Virus record (IMG/VR): IMGVR_UViG_3300048837_000984
Coordinates: 96,001 to 160,000 of that record
Source: a virus
Direction: 5' to 3' (one strand)
DNA length: 64,000 nt
In this document: positions 15,417 through 24,762 of the stretch, piece after piece
How the letters are laid out: each line of letters begins with the position of its first letter
Position numbering within the stretch: position 1 is the first letter of the stretch
The notes under the pieces: model-generated
Databases searched by the model: none
Seen by the model: only the letters and a program-made list of their open reading frames with translations
What the model was told of the DNA's origin: nothing
Made by a program: the position numbers and the translations under genes

Positions 15417-18400
15417 TACCGCACCTTCCTTGGCTTGCGGAGGTCCTTGAGCAGGTCAACAACCTTCTCGACAGGCAGCTCTTCCTCAACAGGTGGCTTC
15501 TTCTTTTTCTTCTTCGGCCCAGGAAGAACAATCGTCTGGTTGCCGGACATCGCAGCCATGGCTGCCAGGGCTGGTACAGACACAGCTGCCTGCTTAGTAA
15601 CCGCCGTCATCATGCGAGAGAGGACGTCGGAGGCAATGTCGCGAGAAGACGAACCTCGGCGCACCCCTGGCTGCGGCGCGGGTGGCGTAGGGGGTGGCGT
15701 AGTTGACTGAACCGGTGGGGTCGGACCAACCGGTGCAACTGGCGGCGTAGTTGACTGAACCGGCGGGGTCGGACCTCCAGCTGCAGGCGGAGTTGGCGTA
15801 CCGCTAACTGGCGCCGGTTTGTTCTCGTAAGGAGAAGCACCAAACCGCTGCCGCTTCAACGGGTCGTTGAAGATCGACTTGTACTTTGCTTCGATCCGCG
15901 CCTTGTCTGCCAGCATCTTGCTTTGTCGAGCCTGCCACTCGGCGCGAAGCTTCTGTTCTTGAGCTTTGCGGTACGACTCGTTCCTTTTCGCAATGAGTTC
16001 ACGCATTGGATCCAGGGACAAGCTCTTTTCAAGATAGTCCGGCAGCTTGGAAGCATTACGTACTTTGTCGGTAAATCCGGCCGACATGGCGCTGTACGGT
16101 GAGTACGTCTGGCGAAGCCGATCTACAATAACTGGATCCAACCTATGCGCGTTCTGGTCAATCCACTTTTTCATCTTCTGGTGCTCAGCTGAAAGACCGC
16201 TGTAGCCGGTGTAATCGACAGCAGAGCCGAGCGTATTGTAACCCAGTGCGCCCAAACCCTGGAGAGCTGAGTAAGCCAGACTCGTACCACCGGACGGATC
16301 AAAATTCTCTGCGGCGTTCGCCAGAGCTTGCTGCCGTTCCTTAAACGTAGAAAGTATGTCTTCGTTATCGGCCGACAATTGTCTCATCTTGTCGAGAAGA
16401 TCTTTGTAATCTAGCGAGTCATCTTCTTTATTTTTAAGCGCCTCCAGCTGCTTGTTGAGCTCGGCCTCACCCGAGGTCAGACCCGACGCAGCCAGCTGGT
16501 ACCGTTCGATGTCGTCGGGGCTGATCTCGTCGACCTTGTCGGTCGCGACAGAGGACGAATTAGAGCTGCCGGGGTAGCCCCAGACAGGCTTATAGGCGTC
16601 ACCACTGGTTGTCGCCTGCCCGAGATTGAGCCGCTGGTTAATAGCATCAAGCTGGGCCTTAGCCTGCGGGTCACCGTCCATGGCCCAACGCAGCTGCAGG
16701 TCGCGTAGACGCTGCTCGATCTGCTGAGCCTGGCTTTGCGCGGGGCTTCGGTTGCTATAGCCCATAGGATAACCCGAGGGCGCAGCTGAATGACCGAAGC
16801 CTGGATAGTCAGCCAATCCAGAAGACTGCTGACCAAAGCCAGGGTAACCAGCCGAAAAGGCCAGCTTGGCGATTCTAGAGACAGGGTCAAACCCGTTACG
16901 CTTCTGCATGATTGGCTTGTCAACCGCAGAATCTGGCGGCGTTTTCGGAAGCGGCTTTGCATTAACGACTGTGGGAGGCGCCTGCGGCTTCGAAGCTGCC
17001 GGAAACGGAGCAAAGTCCTCAACTTCTTGAGGCGTCATTTGGTGCTCTCGCTGCAAATTCTCGCGCATAGCCGGCAAACGACTTGGGAGGTAACGCGGTT
17101 CCGACTGCGTTCCGGCGGCACCTATCGCAGCGACGCCAGAATTTTCTCGTCCGAAAGGAGCCACACCGGGGACCCCTTGTAAGGCAGCCGGCTGTCTTGT
17201 ATCTGCCTGCCCTGTGAGTGGTTGCTGGAACCAGCTCTGAAACGGTCGAGCGACATTATTCGCAAAAGTAGATACTCGACCCGCAACCGCTCCACCGATG
17301 TTGCGTGCAGCTTGATCTCGAATCCCGACCGCCTGGTTAGCCAGCCCTGTGATTGCGTCTCGGCCGGCGTCGATCATAGTTGGTTGCTCGGTCGCAGCGC
17401 CAGAACCAGAAAAAGCCAAGCTCGACCCAACAACCGGGAAGGTAGATCCCGGCATCCCAAAGCCCTGTTCGACCATATGTCTGTTGCGGGCAATTTGCCA
17501 ATCTTTCCGCGATTTCAGCGGAGCAACGGGTGGACTGGGGACCAGAGCCTGACCGGTTGCGTTCCCGAAAAACTCCGGCGATTTTTGCGTCGGTGTAGTC
17601 GGATCGGTCGTCCGGGGTGTCTGTGCGGCCTGACCTGGCTGCGGTGCAGGTTGCTGTGGTTTGTCTGAGCTACTCGGGCCTGGAGCAGGCGTAGCCAACA
17701 CGGCTGATGCGCCACCGCTCCACGGAGCGGACGCGTCGAAGGCCGATCCAGTCCCAGTCATGCCCTGACTTTGTAGAAACTGCTGTGGGTTCGTCGTCAT
17801 CAGTTGGTGCGACTTACTCAACTCAGCCAGTCTCTGTCGGATCTGTTGACTTTTGGCGAACCGGTCGCCAAAGTCAGCAGAAGTGTCGTTCTGCAGCTTC
17901 TTCAACTGTTCGACCAGCTGAGCCTCCTCAAGTCCGTTGTTGAACACAGCCGCATAGGCTGGACCCTGGCTCTGGAAGTACTTCTTAGCTCCCTCTTCGA
18001 ACTGCTTCTTCTGTGCTCTAACTTGCTCAATTTGGTTCTCTCGCGGAAGGAGCCAGGATTCATCTGCCTGGCCTTCACTGATGGCCTTCTCTCGCTCCGA
18101 AAACTTCCTGAGTGCGGTTAGGTAGTCGCCATAAGCCTTCTGTGCTCCGGCTACGGATTCGCTTGCACCAGGTTGGTTGGTATTAGCGGCACCCGCCGTT
18201 TGGCCAGCGGCCGCACGCCGCTTCTCGAGAATGTCGTTAAAGGCCTGCAGTCGAGTTCTCTGGGTCTCGTAACGCTTCTGCAGGGCGTCTAGCTGCCTAT
18301 TGACCTGGTCTTTGGTGTACCCGCGCTGAAGGCCGTGCTGGATCAACTGATGCTGGTGATACGTGTGCTGAGCATCCAGGGTTTCCGGATCCATAGCACC

Positions 18401-18640
18401 ATGACCGAGGACCGGCACGCCGTACTCGGTACGCGGCACCTGCGGTTGCTGCGGCTGCTGCTGGCCGTAAAAGTTTCCCTGAGGCTGGCCGAAACCCTGA
18501 ATACGGCGGAGGCCAAAAGGGACACGGGTGTACACAGGGTAGATCGCCTGCTTGGTCAGAACCGCGCTAGCGATCTTCTCGGCAGCCGTTGGGAGACGTT
18601 CGACAGTCTCAGACAGCAGTTGTTCGACCGTCCTGGTCAT
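15416..18640 (-). CDS. Large Q/P/A-rich putative internal head protein
   Basis: About 1074 aa; coiled-coil stretches; EKIA, TKQA, AKLA, TKQA motifs; basic C-terminal tail; TAATG coupling at both ends. Confidence 0.55.
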   Translation of the reverse strand: MTRTVEQLLSETVERLPTAAEKIASAVLTKQAIYPVYTRVPFGLRRIQGFGQPQGNFYGQQQPQQPQVPRTEYGVPVLGHGAMDPETLDAQHTYHQHQLIQHGLQRGYTKDQVNRQLDALQKRYETQRTRLQAFNDILEKRRAAAGQTAGAANTNQPGASESVAGAQKAYGDYLTALRKFSEREKAISEGQADESWLLPRENQIEQVRAQKKQFEEGAKKYFQSQGPAYAAVFNNGLEEAQLVEQLKKLQNDTSADFGDRFAKSQQIRQRLAELSKSHQLMTTNPQQFLQSQGMTGTGSAFDASAPWSGGASAVLATPAPGPSSSDKPQQPAPQPGQAAQTPRTTDPTTPTQKSPEFFGNATGQALVPSPPVAPLKSRKDWQIARNRHMVEQGFGMPGSTFPVVGSSLAFSGSGAATEQPTMIDAGRDAITGLANQAVGIRDQAARNIGGAVAGRVSTFANNVARPFQSWFQQPLTGQADTRQPAALQGVPGVAPFGRENSGVAAIGAAGTQSEPRYLPSRLPAMRENLQREHQMTPQEVEDFAPFPAASKPQAPPTVVNAKPLPKTPPDSAVDKPIMQKRNGFDPVSRIAKLAFSAGYPGFGQQSSGLADYPGFGHSAAPSGYPMGYSNRSPAQSQAQQIEQRLRDLQLRWAMDGDPQAKAQLDAINQRLNLGQATTSGDAYKPVWGYPGSSNSSSVATDKVDEISPDDIERYQLAASGLTSGEAELNKQLEALKNKEDDSLDYKDLLDKMRQLSADNEDILSTFKERQQALANAAENFDPSGGTSLAYSALQGLGALGYNTLGSAVDYTGYSGLSAEHQKMKKWIDQNAHRLDPVIVDRLRQTYSPYSAMSAGFTDKVRNASKLPDYLEKSLSLDPMRELIAKRNESYRKAQEQKLRAEWQARQSKMLADKARIEAKYKSIFNDPLKRQRFGASPYENKPAPVSGTPTPPAAGGPTPPVQSTTPPVAPVGPTPPVQSTTPPPTPPAPQPGVRRGSSSRDIASDVLSRMMTAVTKQAAVSVPALAAMAAMSGNQTIVLPGPKKKKKKPPVEEELPVEKVVDLLKDLRKPRKVR
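15696..15775. repeat. Two imperfect 48-nt-period coding repeats (GPTPPVQSTTPP)
   Basis: GGCGTAGTTGACTGAACCGGYGGGGTCGGACC at 15696 and 15744. Confidence 0.85.
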
Positions 18641-20169
18641 TAGACAACCTCCGTGACTCTGCAGGCACAAGCCGCTTTCTTGAGAACTCCCATAATACCA
18701 CCGAAATTATCCGTTAGCGAGTGGCTGGACTGCTTCTGGGCCATATCTACTGAAGGCAACGGCACCTGAAGTCGTTTGATGCGGTCGACCAAACCACCCG
18801 GCAAAACTGGAATACCCGGCGCTGAGGTAAACTCAGACTTGAACAGCTCTGTCGGGGACATGCGCTGAGTTTTGGAGATAGCCGCAGCAGTCGATTCTGG
18901 TGCCAACCTGGCTATGCGTTCTACGTTTGAAGCGTCGTCTAGCGTTTTTACAGTACCCACCGGCGGACCAAACAGACTTGTTCGGAGGTTCCTCCAGGTC
19001 ATACCTTTGAGATATGGGACTTCACGGGGATTCGGCAACAACTTTTTGAACGGTCCGGCCTCTTCTCGGACCGTTTCGTAGATGTTAGCGGCCCGTACTT
19101 CGTCCGGCAAAGAATCGTACAAAGTCTTCGCCAGATTTGATTTGCCTTCGATTCCTTCTGCGACATCTCGCCCGTAAGCCAGGGGGTTTCTCCCGAATGT
19201 GTTAACCAGGTCGCTACGAAGCTCGTTCTCGTCCACGGGTTTAGCCGCCCCGTGCATTGCTGCCGTCAGCAATGCTCCGGGAATAGTCATAGACCGACTA
19301 GCATCCAATACCTTACCGAGATAGGGTGCGTACTCGTGGGGAACGCCCGGGATAGCCGGGCCGTATGTCGTTACGTTATGCAACTGCTGCCGGGCAAAGG
19401 GTACAGCGTTGTTGATAGCAAACTCTCGAGTTCTCGCCGCCAATGGGCTGTCTTCGGTTGCGACCTGACTAACGATTTTCGGAAAGTTTTTTCGCAGCTT
19501 CTCTTCCATGTCTACCGCGGCTGTATGATCGCCTACGTTCCGCAAGTGCTCATAGGCAATCGTATCCGACAGCTGATCGCGAAGGATCTTTGGTGCAGTC
19601 AATGCGCCCGCTAACAGTGACGCGCCAGCTAGGCCGGTACCGACTCGACCCAGAACCTTTGTCGTCACTGGCGCCGATTGGCGTGTAAATGGTGAGAACC
19701 AAGGGGTTGTGGTTCGGTTCCACATTCGGCGCAGGAAGCCAGGGGTTTGTCCGCTGTGCGTACCACCGAGATCCTTCCACCACCACTTCAGACCTGGGTA
19801 GATACGACTGAACGGCCGAACCAGGTTACTCAAGAAAGCTGGAGATGCAATCTTCTCCTGACCTCCCGACGAAGCTGCTCCAGTTGTTAGTCCGGGAGGT
19901 TTGCCTGTTCCCTCAACAGATCCAGGTACGCTAGCTCGGGCAGCCCGATTGATTTTGGCTGACGGCAACGGTTTCGGCTGCAAAGCCTTTGGTGGGCCGG
20001 GCGCCGTAGATGGAAGCATGGCTTGCTTCGGTAGTTGCGGGAAAATGTTCAGGCGACCGGACGGAACCAGCGTCCGAATGAGGGGCGCGCGGCGTACAGT
20101 CAAACCAGGCGCTTTGGCCTGGTTAACTGGTGAACCAACCCCATTCGTCTCGACAGCGTCTTTGCGCAT
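18640..20169 (-). CDS. Putative internal virion protein
   Basis: First gene of the cluster; PKQA, EKIA, KKAA motifs; one hydrophobic segment. Confidence 0.5.
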   Translation of the reverse strand: MRKDAVETNGVGSPVNQAKAPGLTVRRAPLIRTLVPSGRLNIFPQLPKQAMLPSTAPGPPKALQPKPLPSAKINRAARASVPGSVEGTGKPPGLTTGAASSGGQEKIASPAFLSNLVRPFSRIYPGLKWWWKDLGGTHSGQTPGFLRRMWNRTTTPWFSPFTRQSAPVTTKVLGRVGTGLAGASLLAGALTAPKILRDQLSDTIAYEHLRNVGDHTAAVDMEEKLRKNFPKIVSQVATEDSPLAARTREFAINNAVPFARQQLHNVTTYGPAIPGVPHEYAPYLGKVLDASRSMTIPGALLTAAMHGAAKPVDENELRSDLVNTFGRNPLAYGRDVAEGIEGKSNLAKTLYDSLPDEVRAANIYETVREEAGPFKKLLPNPREVPYLKGMTWRNLRTSLFGPPVGTVKTLDDASNVERIARLAPESTAAAISKTQRMSPTELFKSEFTSAPGIPVLPGGLVDRIKRLQVPLPSVDMAQKQSSHSLTDNFGGIMGVLKKAACACRVTEVV

Positions 20170-20195
20170 GACGGCATCCTTGCCTCAAGAGGTTA

Positions 20196-20223
20196 ACTGT
20201 ATGATCCACAAAACGAGTTGCAA
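20196..20223 (-). promoter_or_regulatory. Sigma70-like promoter for the virion-protein cluster
   Basis: TTGCAA-N16-TACAGT downstream of a terminator; coordinates approximate. Confidence 0.4.
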
Positions 20224-20234
20224 CCGCAACTGAT

Positions 20235-20263
20235 AGCTAAAAGAAACCGGGCTAGCCGGTTTC
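20235..20263 (-). terminator. Intrinsic terminator with TTTTAGCTA tail
   Basis: GAAACCGG-CTAGC-CCGGTTTC followed by TTTTAGCTA. Confidence 0.65.
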
Positions 20264-20272
20264 CGTGTGTCT

Positions 20273-21247
20273 TTAGTTGTCTTGCTTCCAGTCCGTATAC
20301 TGCGCCTCTGCTACCGTATCTCCGGCAGCAATAGCTTTCTTGAAAGCCACAGCCATCGGTCGCTGGTCTAGATCGACCAACAAGCCAGAATCTTTTACCG
20401 TCGCGACGAAAGCCGCAGTTCCGGCTGGGTTAATTCGACCGAAGCCGACATTGCCATACAGATCGGCTAGCAACACAGACATCTGTACGTCGCCGAAGAG
20501 TGAGATGCGTGTGCAGCAGCCATCCAGGCTGAAGCTCCAGACGCTGGCGCCTACCTGTGTCAAGGAAACGCAACGAGTGTCCCGTTTTAGCAGCTGCCTA
20601 ACCTGAGGCGCGTCGTCTCCTATATCGACTCGATATACCTCGCCCGAAGAAGTACCGACGAAGAGTGTGGAGCTGTCAACGAAGACAGCCGTTCGCGGAG
20701 CCGATACAGATTGGATCAAGTTTCGGTTTCCACTTTTCAGGTCAATCAACTCAAGACGATCGGATAGCCAGCAAATCGCCGCCCACCTGGCGTCTGGTGC
20801 CACCTCAACATGGACAGGTCCCATTCCGTAAGAAGGGGAGATACGATGCACTAACTTCGATCCACCCTGCGGTTCGAGAACAAGGACGCTCCCGTTCTGT
20901 AGGCAGGCCAGAAACCGGTTGTCGGGAATTCGCGCAACCGCACACACAGGTGACGTCTTGTCCCAAAATATGCGCTGGCTGTTAGCTTGCCGAGAAATTT
21001 CCACACGAACAAATTGGCGGTCCCAGTTTACGAAACTAACTTCACTGTTGTCGGATGAGAACAGTATCGGGGAACACCAGAGTGGATCTAACCCTAGCGA
21101 CGATTCACCTACCTTCACCAGACTCCTGGCATCAAAGACCGCCACTCCGAGTCTGGTAGCGACGGCCAGAAAGTTGCCGTCGGGGCTGAAGGAGGCGTTA
21201 AAACAGTTGAACGGCAGCTCAGTCACGCGTACGGTTTCATCTGGCAT
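20273..21247 (-). CDS. WD40-like beta-propeller protein
   Basis: ASFSPDGNFLAVAT, LFSSDNSEVSFV, VEVAPDARWAAI, RINPAGTAAFVAT blades. Confidence 0.85.
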   Translation of the reverse strand: MPDETVRVTELPFNCFNASFSPDGNFLAVATRLGVAVFDARSLVKVGESSLGLDPLWCSPILFSSDNSEVSFVNWDRQFVRVEISRQANSQRIFWDKTSPVCAVARIPDNRFLACLQNGSVLVLEPQGGSKLVHRISPSYGMGPVHVEVAPDARWAAICWLSDRLELIDLKSGNRNLIQSVSAPRTAVFVDSSTLFVGTSSGEVYRVDIGDDAPQVRQLLKRDTRCVSLTQVGASVWSFSLDGCCTRISLFGDVQMSVLLADLYGNVGFGRINPAGTAAFVATVKDSGLLVDLDQRPMAVAFKKAIAAGDTVAEAQYTDWKQDN

Positions 21248-21671
21248 AGTAGTCCTCCGGCAACTGTTCTTTCGGTCGGTAGTCCGGCTCGATCGGTGGA
21301 TTGCTCATCTCGACCACGAAAGCCAGTACTTTGGCTGGATCGTGCTCATCGAAGATCTTGTGAGCCAGCTTGGTTATCTGTTTCACGTTGAGTTGGCGCC
21401 AGATCCTTGCTGAGTCTTCTGGCGCTACGCCGGCCTTGAAACAGGTCACGTCAAAGGCATACGCCACGACGTGACAGAACTTTTCTCGCTCGCCATAAGC
21501 GATGTGTGCGTCTTCTAGCAGATCTTCGCGCCGGTCGTACAGACTGTAGACGTGCCCAGTCTCCGTCACGGCTGGGTAGATACAGTGTACGTACCACAGA
21601 TCCAGGCTTTCTCGGGTGACCTTGACATAAAATTTATGTGCCAAGATCTTGGCCAGGGATCGCTTTCTCAT
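21237..21671 (-). CDS. Hypothetical protein
   Basis: 144 aa; ATGA coupling. Confidence 0.7.
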   Translation of the reverse strand: MRKRSLAKILAHKFYVKVTRESLDLWYVHCIYPAVTETGHVYSLYDRREDLLEDAHIAYGEREKFCHVVAYAFDVTCFKAGVAPEDSARIWRQLNVKQITKLAHKIFDEHDPAKVLAFVVEMSNPPIEPDYRPKEQLPEDYYAR

Positions 21672-21955
21672 AGCATGGCTCCGTTCTTATCAGCCGCTAT
21701 CGAGACCAGGAGCATCTGGCTCCCCTCCTCTTCCAACCACGCCAACTCCGAAAGCTCGACTTCCAGAGTCTCTCCGGGCGAACCACTCAACGTACGCAGA
21801 GCTAGCCCAAAACGCCGGTCGTCTGCAGTAAAGACTGCGCTGTCTGAAATGAACCACGCCCCGATACCTTCCGGTACGGCTGGCGTCCAGTTCTCCGCGA
21901 GGACCCAGTAGTAGCCAGTCCTCCGATTAACACCGACAACCGTTACAGTTGGCAA
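21668..21955 (-). CDS. Hypothetical protein
   Basis: 95 aa; GGAGG SD before TTG. Confidence 0.65.
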   Translation of the reverse strand: MPTVTVVGVNRRTGYYWVLAENWTPAVPEGIGAWFISDSAVFTADDRRFGLALRTLSGSPGETLEVELSELAWLEEEGSQMLLVSIAADKNGAML

Positions 21956-21969
21956 GTTGGGCCTCCGGT

Positions 21970-22013
21970 TAGCTAAAAAAGAAAGAGGAGCAAGCCCGAA
22001 GGCCTGCTCCTCT
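21970..22013 (-). terminator. Intrinsic terminator (UUCG loop) with TTTTTTAGCTA tail
   Basis: AGAGGAGCA-GGCC-TTCG-GGCT-TGCTCCTCT followed by TTCTTTTTTAGCTA. Confidence 0.7.
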
Positions 22014-22037
22014 GGTTACTTCACGAAACCGACGGTC

Positions 22038-22439
22038 TTACGAGACCGGCGGCAGGTCCGTGCGAGCTTCGCGCTCTGCGTGCGTCCGGCGCCGCAGACG
22101 CACCAGCGCCCCCGGGTGGAGGTGCTGGGTCGTCTGGATGTTCAAAAATGGAATCTCGAGAGTGTCGGTATCAATCGGCGTGATGTCGGTATCCGACGTG
22201 ATCACGCCGTGGAGGAACTGGATCAGATCGCCGATCTGACCCACAGCGGCAGCCGACTCAAGGATGCAGCTCATGGGGAGACGCTCCTTGACCCGACCGA
22301 TGTACCAGCGCTGAGCGCACTCGAAGAGGAGTTCGTTACCAGCCTCGATATTCTTGTAACTCATCCCGCATTCCTCCGCAAACTGATCGAACATCATCTG
22401 CACGTCGATGAAGTCGAAACACGGAATCATTTCTGCCAT
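22038..22439 (-). CDS. Hypothetical protein
   Basis: 133 aa; 1-nt gap to the upstream gene. Confidence 0.7.
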   Translation of the reverse strand: MAEMIPCFDFIDVQMMFDQFAEECGMSYKNIEAGNELLFECAQRWYIGRVKERLPMSCILESAAAVGQIGDLIQFLHGVITSDTDITPIDTDTLEIPFLNIQTTQHLHPGALVRLRRRTHAEREARTDLPPVS

Positions 22440-22440
22440 C

Positions 22441-22731
22441 TCACCGCTCCTCTAGCCACAAGCCAGCGAGCTGTTCTTCTGTGGGCCAACCGGCTGTCTT
22501 CGACAGCGCTCGAATCGTTGGCCCCAAGCCGCTTAACAACTCGGTACTTTCTCTCGCAAACAGCCTTCTGAGAATCGCATACAGCTCCAGCTTCGCTGCG
22601 GCGACCTCAGCGCCCAGATAGTCTGCATTTTTTATCCGGCCACGGTAACCCTCCAACAATTCCTCGACCGACAAATCCACGATGATCTTCTGGATGACCT
22701 TGTTGCGGTCACCCCAATCCGGGTCGATCAT
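22441..22731 (-). CDS. Hypothetical protein
   Basis: 96-aa helical ORF. Confidence 0.65.
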   Translation of the reverse strand: MIDPDWGDRNKVIQKIIVDLSVEELLEGYRGRIKNADYLGAEVAAAKLELYAILRRLFARESTELLSGLGPTIRALSKTAGWPTEEQLAGLWLEER

Positions 22732-22808
22732 GTCGAATCCCCAATGGGTAAGTCGACGGCAGACTGGTAAGGTCTACCAAACTATATTGACGCAGAAAAC
22801 AGGCTATT

Positions 22809-23102
22809 TTAGGACAGGGATCGGGCCAGCTCTTCTTCCGCAATGATCTCGGATAGACGAACCAGCTGGACCGTAGCGAAGGGAAGCAAGGACAGGTCAG
22901 GTCTTGATGCAGCCAGAATCATGGCAGCTGTGGTAGGGTCCGCTGCAACAAAGAAATCTTGCACGGGAACACCGCTAAGGCTGGCCTCGTAGTTCTCTCC
23001 GACGAACTCTACTTTCGACGGTGTAGAGCTCTGCGAATTGATCAAGCCCCTAGACGACAATGGCTCGACAGCAATCGGTTCAACCACAATCTCGTAAGCC
23101 AT
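22809..23102 (-). CDS. Hypothetical protein
   Basis: 97 aa; GAGGT SD. Confidence 0.65.
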   Translation of the reverse strand: MAYEIVVEPIAVEPLSSRGLINSQSSTPSKVEFVGENYEASLSGVPVQDFFVAADPTTAAMILAASRPDLSLLPFATVQLVRLSEIIAEEELARSLS

Positions 23103-23104
23103 GG

Positions 23105-23725
23105 CTACCTCGACTTGGTTGCCTTGAGAACAGCTTCAACCCTTTTCCTGAGGGCATCAACTCTGGCTGCAACAGCTGGCGAGCGCCTCAACTCAGCCAT
23201 GGAGAGAAGGATCTCCTTCATCTCACTCAACAGCGACCGTACCTCGAATCGGTTGCTCGCCTTTATCTCCATGCCCTCAACCATTTCCAGGTCACTGCCA
23301 ATGTCAGCCAGCTTCACCGCCTTGGCAATAAGAGTAGCGTTTCCAACCCGGTTGGCCAGCAGAAATGACCGCTTAGAGTACGGTTCGCGGATGTCCGGTG
23401 TCAGCGCAGCCACCGTATTCGCCACCGCATCGTCCGCTGCGGCTACCACATCTTCGTATCTGCGACCTGACACGATGCTCTCATGTAGAAGGCCCGCGGC
23501 TTCGCAGACCTTGGTCCAGTAACGCTTAGCTGATAAGGACATCTCGTCCGCAGCTCGGTCAAACAGTGCGCAGGCATCCTTGCTAACGACCTGCAGGTGA
23601 CCAAATACAGAAGTCTGGTCCAGCCGGCGGTGAACAGAGAACCACTTAGCTGCCGTGTCTTCGACAGCCGGCAAAAGAAGGTCCGAACTCAGCCGGTCGA
23701 ATTCCAGGTCCTGATCCAGTTCCAC
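23105..23725 (-). CDS. Degenerate RelA/SpoT/Mesh1-type HD-domain protein
   Basis: VHRRLD..FGHLQVVS, AAGLLHES (HD becomes HE), LIAKAVKLADIGSDL (compare KLADRLHNL). Confidence 0.7.
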   Translation of the reverse strand: MELDQDLEFDRLSSDLLLPAVEDTAAKWFSVHRRLDQTSVFGHLQVVSKDACALFDRAADEMSLSAKRYWTKVCEAAGLLHESIVSGRRYEDVVAAADDAVANTVAALTPDIREPYSKRSFLLANRVGNATLIAKAVKLADIGSDLEMVEGMEIKASNRFEVRSLLSEMKEILLSMAELRRSPAVAARVDALRKRVEAVLKATKSR

Positions 23726-24751
23726 TTAGGCCTCCTGGAAAAATGTTGACCAGGTGCTGTTGAACACGGATCTCCGTTCAACAAGCTTCCGGTGTGTATC
23801 AAGGCGCATTCTAGCCAAATCGCCGGGACTGTTCAGTAGCAACCGGACCGATTTGTCGAAAGCTTTCCAGTCTGGAACTACTGCTGGCACACCACACCGG
23901 TTATTAACCAGATCGCAAGGCACCAGTAAACCATTACGGCCGTGTGTGACGATCTCTCTCGTTACTGGATGGTCAAATGTCACACAAGGCGTGCTCATTG
24001 AGAGAGCGCAGTGTCCGACGAGGCCAACGCTTTCTGCTGTGGTAGGCCAAACAACAAAGTCATGGCGACCGTAAGTCATTCTGTTCTTGGACATTACGTT
24101 CGAGTAGAGGATAGCTATCCGGTGCTCGTACTTACCCATGATGCGATTCAAACGACGAAGAAAGGTAGCAGTTAGACCGCCCGTATGAAGGACGGTGAGG
24201 TAAAGGTCCTTGAAGTCCTTGAGTAGAGGAGACAACAAAGAAATAAAGTCCATGTCCTGATTCGCAGCCTGGCTACCCTCTATGGGCCACAAGATCGCCT
24301 TATTCTTGGATGGTGCGTAGTCAGGTCTGGTCAGGTGAACTGCCGCGTCGAACGGCACATAAACAACTTTACCTGGATGCTTCTTGTGCAGAAGGTCTGC
24401 GGAGCACTTGGTAGGACAGACGATAACGTCGAACCACTTGAGTCGGCCTTCCGTCTCCTCGGTCAACGTGTCCCACAGAAAGAACAGGACCGTCTTGACG
24501 TTGGCCTGTTTGGCTTCTCGCATAACCTCTTCAGTGGTCGGTTCTGAAAAGACAACGGTGTCCATCTGGCGAAGCCACTTGAAAATGTTCGACACCTGAC
24601 TCAGGCTCGCATCAAAGTCAGTCGACTCGCTGACCGGACCCTCGACAAATATGGAAGTGTCGAGACCGCAGTCCTGCGCCACCTTTACCACAGGCAGTAA
24701 CGCATAGGTTGCGTCGCACTTGCGATAAGGCATCACAAACCCTGCGGCCAT
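23726..24751 (-). CDS. GT-B fold glycosyltransferase (GT4-like)
   Basis: FDVIVCPTK, DFVVWPTTAESVGLVGHCALSMSTPCVTFD..REIVTHGRNGLLV. Confidence 0.8.
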   Translation of the reverse strand: MAAGFVMPYRKCDATYALLPVVKVAQDCGLDTSIFVEGPVSESTDFDASLSQVSNIFKWLRQMDTVVFSEPTTEEVMREAKQANVKTVLFFLWDTLTEETEGRLKWFDVIVCPTKCSADLLHKKHPGKVVYVPFDAAVHLTRPDYAPSKNKAILWPIEGSQAANQDMDFISLLSPLLKDFKDLYLTVLHTGGLTATFLRRLNRIMGKYEHRIAILYSNVMSKNRMTYGRHDFVVWPTTAESVGLVGHCALSMSTPCVTFDHPVTREIVTHGRNGLLVPCDLVNNRCGVPAVVPDWKAFDKSVRLLLNSPGDLARMRLDTHRKLVERRSVFNSTWSTFFQEA

Positions 24752-24762
24752 CGAAACCTCCG

